From: Rhodothermales bacterium
GTDB lineage: Bacteria; Bacteroidota; Rhodothermia; Rhodothermales; BA12
Length of the DNA: 49,580 nucleotides
Assembly (NCBI GenBank): GCA_014879465.1
Contig: JACSSA010000095.1
Coordinates: 1 to 49,580, forward strand
Direction of reading: 5' to 3'
The notes beneath the pieces were generated by a model that was given only the letters and a program-made list of their open reading frames with translations, did not search any database and was not told where the DNA came from. Below are positions 45,504-49,580 of this stretch, piece after piece. Made by a program: the position numbers and the translations under genes. Position 1 is the first letter of the stretch; each line of letters begins with the position of its first letter.

Positions 45504-46595
45504 TTACGGCAGGATCAGGCCGCCCGGAGACGTCCGTTCGCCCGGCTTCGCACCGCCACCGATCGGTTTGCCGTCGGGGCCGAGCAGCCCGGAGCCTTGC
45601 GGCGGCTGCGGCGGAAGCTGGCTCGGATCGACCGGCACGAGCAGGATGTCCATCACCACGCCGTCGGGCGTGACCTCCACGACCTGCGCCGGGAAGGTTT
45701 GGCCGTCCGGGCCGTTCATCATCAGCTGTTCGCCGACCTGCGGGTTCAGCTCCGGCGGAAGCTGCTCCTTCGGCACGGTGATGCGCTGCACCGGCGGCGG
45801 GGCCATCAGCATATCGACCACATACACGTCGTCGCGGATTTCGACCACCGTCGCCGGGAACTGGCCTTCCGGCGTGTTGAGCGTGAGGTTCTGGCCGACC
45901 TGCGGCGGCGGGCCGCCGGTAAGCTGGTCTTTGGGGATTTCGACGCGGCGCACGGGCGGCGGCGCGGCCAGCACGTCGAGCACGACCACGTCGTCGCGGA
46001 TTTCCACGACGATGGCCGGGAACGAGCCGTCGGGGGTGTTGAGCGTGATCTGCTCGCCGACCGCCGGAAGCTGAGCGCCTTCAAACTGGTCTTTCGGCAC
46101 CTCGATGCGCTGCACCTGCGGCGCTTGCGCGGCCACCTGCTGCTGGAACGCGGCGGCGTCTTCGTCGGAGAGAATCTCGACGAGCGCGATGTCGAACGTG
46201 AGGTCTTCGCCTGCGAGCGGGTGGTTGCTGTCGAGCACCGCCGAGTCGTCGGAGAGGGCGTAGATGGTGACGGGGAAGGGCTGGCCGTCGGGCGTGCCGA
46301 TCATCAGCTGGTCGCCCACCTGCGGCTCCCGGTCGGCAGGAAGATCGGCGCGCGGAACTTCCATCAGCAGGCTGTCTTGGTGCTCGCCGTAGGCGCGTTC
46401 GGCAGGAATGGTGACGGTCTTTTCGTCGCCAACGTTCATGCCGAGGACGGCGTCGTCGAAGCCGGGGATGACTTGGCCTGCGCCGACGGTAAACGTGAGC
46501 GGTTCGCGGCCTTCCGAGGAGTCGAAGACTTCGCCGCCGTCGAGCGTGCCGGTGTAGTGAATGCGGACGGTGTCGCCCGCCTTGACCTGTGCCAT
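45504..46595 (-). CDS. FKBP-type PPIase (SlyD/SlpA family) with three extra tandem IF-like domains
   Basis: VRIHYTGTL..GEVFDSS, GQVIPGFD, AYG, DSNHPLAGEDLTFD; then three repeats of about 50 aa, R[IV]x[VI]PK[DE]Q...PxVG...P[DE]G..FPAxVVE. Confidence 0.9.
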   Translation of the reverse strand: MAQVKAGDTVRIHYTGTLDGGEVFDSSEGREPLTFTVGAGQVIPGFDDAVLGMNVGDEKTVTIPAERAYGEHQDSLLMEVPRADLPADREPQVGDQLMIGTPDGQPFPVTIYALSDDSAVLDSNHPLAGEDLTFDIALVEILSDEDAAAFQQQVAAQAPQVQRIEVPKDQFEGAQLPAVGEQITLNTPDGSFPAIVVEIRDDVVVLDVLAAPPPVRRVEIPKDQLTGGPPPQVGQNLTLNTPEGQFPATVVEIRDDVYVVDMLMAPPPVQRITVPKEQLPPELNPQVGEQLMMNGPDGQTFPAQVVEVTPDGVVMDILLVPVDPSQLPPQPPQGSGLLGPDGKPIGGGAKPGERTSPGGLILP

Positions 46596-46750
46596 AGAGA
46601 AAAACGTGGAATCGGGTTAGCCCACGTTGCACCGTCTACGGCCCGTTCGGTTGCGTTGCCGGCGGCGTTACGGCTTCGTACCGGCCGCGTGCCGAACTTG
46701 GACCGAGACGTCCCCGTTGTCTTGACCTCCCCGTTTATCCTGTTTCGACT

Positions 46751-47179
46751 ATGGTTCGCACCGGCTCGGCCGTCTGGAACGGCTCACTCACCGACGGCTC
46801 CGGCCGCCTCTCCACCCAAAGCGGCGCACTCGACGCGCTGCCCTACTCGTTCGGCACGCGCTTCGGCGACACGCCGGGCACCAACCCCGAGGAACTGCTC
46901 GGCGCGGCGCACGCCGCCTGCTTCTCGATGGCCCTCGCCAACGCGATGAGCAAAGCCGGGCAGCCGCCCGAAGCGGTCGAGACGACGGCGAAGGTGCACC
47001 TCGAAAAGGGTGACGCCGGGTTCTCGATTCCGAGGATCGACCTCACGACGGCCGTCTCGGCACCCGGCTTCGACGCCGAAACGTTCGACCGGTTGGCGAT
47101 GGAGACGAAACAGGGCTGCCCGGTGTCGCGGGTGCTCGCGGGCGCTGAGATCTCGCTGACGGCCACGCTCAACGGCTGA
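46751..47179 (+). CDS. osmC: OsmC-family peroxiredoxin
   Basis: YSFGTRF, GTNPEELLGAAHAACFSMAL, CPVS. Confidence 0.93.
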   Translation: MVRTGSAVWNGSLTDGSGRLSTQSGALDALPYSFGTRFGDTPGTNPEELLGAAHAACFSMALANAMSKAGQPPEAVETTAKVHLEKGDAGFSIPRIDLTTAVSAPGFDAETFDRLAMETKQGCPVSRVLAGAEISLTATLNG

Positions 47180-47180
47180 C

Positions 47181-47576
47181 CTACGCCGCCGGCTCGAAGA
47201 CGAGGCTGGCCGAGTTGATGCAGTAGCGTAGCCCTGTCGGGCGCGGGCCGTCGTCGAAGACGTGGCCGAGGTGCGCCTTGCATGTGCCGCAGTGCACTTC
47301 GGTGCGCACCATGCCGTATTCCCGGTCTTCGGTGGTGCCGAGGTGCGCGTCCGGGAGCGGCTGGAAGAAGCTGGGCCATCCGGTGCCGCTGTCGAACTTG
47401 CTGGACGAGGCGAACAGCGGCGCGCCGCACACCACGCAGCGGTAGACGCCTTCGCGCTTCTCGTTCCAGTAGGCGTTCATGAACGGCGGCTCCGTGCCGC
47501 AGTGCTGGGTGACGTGCTGCTGCATGGCGGAGAGTTCCGCCACGCGGCAGGCGAGTTCGGGGTCGAGGTCGGGCAT
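47181..47576 (-). CDS. msrB: Peptide methionine-(R)-sulfoxide reductase
   Basis: [44 protein letters not shown]. Confidence 0.96.
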   Translation of the reverse strand: MPDLDPELACRVAELSAMQQHVTQHCGTEPPFMNAYWNEKREGVYRCVVCGAPLFASSSKFDSGTGWPSFFQPLPDAHLGTTEDREYGMVRTEVHCGTCKAHLGHVFDDGPRPTGLRYCINSASLVFEPAA

Positions 47577-47688
47577 CGGTCTACAGCGAAACGTTGAATC
47601 CTGGCGCGATGAACGGAACGAGCCGGTTTGGTTCCGACGGCTTGCCTCTGCCCGCCGTACCTTCCTGCACGCCCACACGCCCCGCCCG

Positions 47689-49580
47689 ATGCCTGAGTAC
47701 CCGTTCGGCCAGAAGATCGTCTACACCCCCGATCCGCAGGCGTTGGCCAACAGCCGGCTCGCCGCGTTTATGCAGCGCTATGGGGTGCTCTCGTACGCGG
47801 CGCTGCAAGAGCGTTCGACCGCTGACGTGGCGTGGTTCTGGAACGCGGTGCTCCACGATCTCGACGTGCAGTTCTACACCCCGTATACCGCCGTCTACGA
47901 AGACACCGGCGACCCGGCGTTTCCGCGCTGGTGCGTGGGCGGGGAGATGAACATCGTCCACAACCTGCTCGACAAGTGGATGGCCGACGAGGCCGCTCGG
48001 GCGCGCGTGGCGCTGCGCTGGGAGGGCGAAGAAGGCTCCACGCTCTCGCTCTCGTACGCCGACCTCAACGCCGAAGTCAGTCGCTGCGCCGCCGCCCTCC
48101 GTGCCGATGGCTTCCGGCCCGGCGACGTGGCGGGGCTGTTCATGCCGATGACGGTGGAGCTGGTCGTGGCGTTTCTGGCCGTGCTCAAGGTGGGCGGCGT
48201 GGTGCTGCCGCTCTTCTCCGGCTACGGCCCGGAGGCTATCGCTACCCGCCTTGCCGACGCCGGGGCCGCGGTGCTTTTTACCGCCGACGGGACGCTCCGG
48301 CGCGGGAAAGCCCGCCCGATGAAAGAGGTGGCCGACGAAGCCCTCCGGGCGTGCCCGTCGGTGCGGCGCGTGATTGTGCAGCAGCGGGCGGGCCTGCACG
48401 ACGTGCCGATGACGCCGGGCCGCGACGTGTTCTGGACGGACTTCGTGGCGCACCACCCGCCGTTTGCCGCCACCGAGCGCACGAGCGCCGAGGCCGTGGC
48501 CTTGCTGCTCTACACCTCCGGCACCACCGGGCAGCCCAAAGGCGTCGTCCACACCCACTGCGGGTTTCCGATCAAGGCGGCGCAGGACATGGCCCACGCG
48601 ATGGACGTGAAGCCGGGCGACACGGTCTTCTGGCTCTCGGATATGGGCTGGATGATGGGGCCGTGGCTCGTGCTCGGCACGCTTCTGCTTGGCGCGTCGA
48701 TGGTGATCTACGACGGCGCGCCCAACGCGCCCGCGTCGTATGCCGACGGCCCGGCGCGGCTCTGGGCGCTGGCCGAGCGCCACGGCGTGACGCACCTCGG
48801 CGTCTCGCCCTCGCTCGTGCGGGCGCTGATGCCCTACGGCCCAGAGCCGGTGCGCCGCGCCAACCTCGCGGCGCTGCGGGCGCTCTGCTCCACCGGAAGC
48901 CCGTGGGACCCCGATGCGTGGATGTGGGCCTTCGAGCACGTCCTCACCCGCCGCAAGCCCATCCTCAACTACTCCGGCGGCACCGAGGTGTCGGGCGGCA
49001 TTCTGTGCGGCAACCTCTTCACCCCGCTCAAACCGTGCGCCTTCTCCGGCCCTGTGCCCGGCATGGCGGCCGATGTGGTAGACGCTGCGGGGGAATCGGT
49101 ACGCGGCGAAGTCGGCGAACTCGTCGTGCACAAGCCGTGGATCGGGATGACGCGGGGCTTCTGGAACGACCCCGACGGCGAGCGCTACCGCCAGACCTAC
49201 TGGAGCCAGCACCCGGGCATCTGGACGCACGGCGACTTTGCGGCGGTGGACGAGGACGGCCTCTGGTACATCCTTGGCCGGTCCGACGATACCATCAAGG
49301 TGGCGGGCAAACGCCTTGGCCCATCGGAAGTCGAAGCCATCGTCAACCTTCATCCGGCGGTGCGCGAAAGCGTGGCTGTGGGCATCCCGGACGAGATGAA
49401 GGGCGAGGCGGTGGTCGTTTTTGCGGTGCTCGACGAAGGCGTCGAACCCTCCGACGACTTGCGTGAGGCGCTGCTCGACGCCGTCGCCGACGGCCTTGGC
49501 AGGCCGCTTCGCCCGAAAGAGGTGCGCTTCGCAACGGCCATTCCCAAGACGCGAAACGCCAAGGTGCTGCGCCGGCTCAT
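47689..49580 (+). CDS. Acetate/acyl-CoA ligase (Acs family), 3' end outside the window; missing from the ORF track
   Basis: ATG at 47689 MPEYPFGQ...; [54 protein letters not shown]; open to the window end. Confidence 0.92.
   Translation, partial: MPEYPFGQKIVYTPDPQALANSRLAAFMQRYGVLSYAALQERSTADVAWFWNAVLHDLDVQFYTPYTAVYEDTGDPAFPRWCVGGEMNIVHNLLDKWMADEAARARVALRWEGEEGSTLSLSYADLNAEVSRCAAALRADGFRPGDVAGLFMPMTVELVVAFLAVLKVGGVVLPLFSGYGPEAIATRLADAGAAVLFTADGTLRRGKARPMKEVADEALRACPSVRRVIVQQRAGLHDVPMTPGRDVFWTDFVAHHPPFAATERTSAEAVALLLYTSGTTGQPKGVVHTHCGFPIKAAQDMAHAMDVKPGDTVFWLSDMGWMMGPWLVLGTLLLGASMVIYDGAPNAPASYADGPARLWALAERHGVTHLGVSPSLVRALMPYGPEPVRRANLAALRALCSTGSPWDPDAWMWAFEHVLTRRKPILNYSGGTEVSGGILCGNLFTPLKPCAFSGPVPGMAADVVDAAGESVRGEVGELVVHKPWIGMTRGFWNDPDGERYRQTYWSQHPGIWTHGDFAAVDEDGLWYILGRSDDTIKVAGKRLGPSEVEAIVNLHPAVRESVAVGIPDEMKGEAVVVFAVLDEGVEPSDDLREALLDAVADGLGRPLRPKEVRFATAIPKTRNAKVLRRL

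Noticed and set aside
815-49466. Many long antisense or alternate-frame ORFs in the track (e.g. 815-3016, 28693-30513, 44023-46074, 47581-49353, 47832-49466)
   Set aside because: Shadow ORFs of high-GC genes: Arg/Gly/Ala-rich, no motifs, and overlapping well-supported genes.
1-49580. CRISPR array, rRNA, riboswitch or IS element
   Set aside because: No regularly spaced repeat-spacer units, rRNA-like sequence, recognisable riboswitch or transposase seen by eye; a covariance-model scan could still find ncRNAs.

Overview
High-GC (about 70% by eye) bacterial chromosomal window. Gene content (PorU/PorV type IX secretion genes, a T9SS C-terminal-domain substrate, DUF4783, a large NtrY-like kinase) points to the FCB group, probably Rhodothermota (inference). 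It holds about 45 CDS, mostly housekeeping (tmk, fur-like, pyrR, arfB-like, mutL, cdsA, porV, porU, alkA, hppD, hmgA, osmC, msrB, partial acyl-CoA synthetase), plus tRNA-Arg(CCG). I saw no CRISPR array, integrase or transposase. Best candidates for new biology: (1) a NarL-type regulator, a HisKA_3 kinase and a 61-aa secreted peptide with a 4-Cys hairpin-like tail, possibly a peptide-signalling module, with phased direct repeats upstream; (2) a SlyD-type PPIase with three extra tandem IF chaperone domains and a GroES-mobile-loop-like tail; (3) an islet with an AT-rich lipoprotein gene and a frameshifted M15 peptidoglycan peptidase, bracketed by a 15-bp palindromic direct repeat; (4) a crtZ pseudogene missing from the ORF track; (5) a lower-GC islet next to the tRNA; (6) a recurrent GTAyCTT promoter-like motif and a CCG-ATG start context without Shine-Dalgarno sites. 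All family calls come from recognising motifs by eye; no database searches were run.
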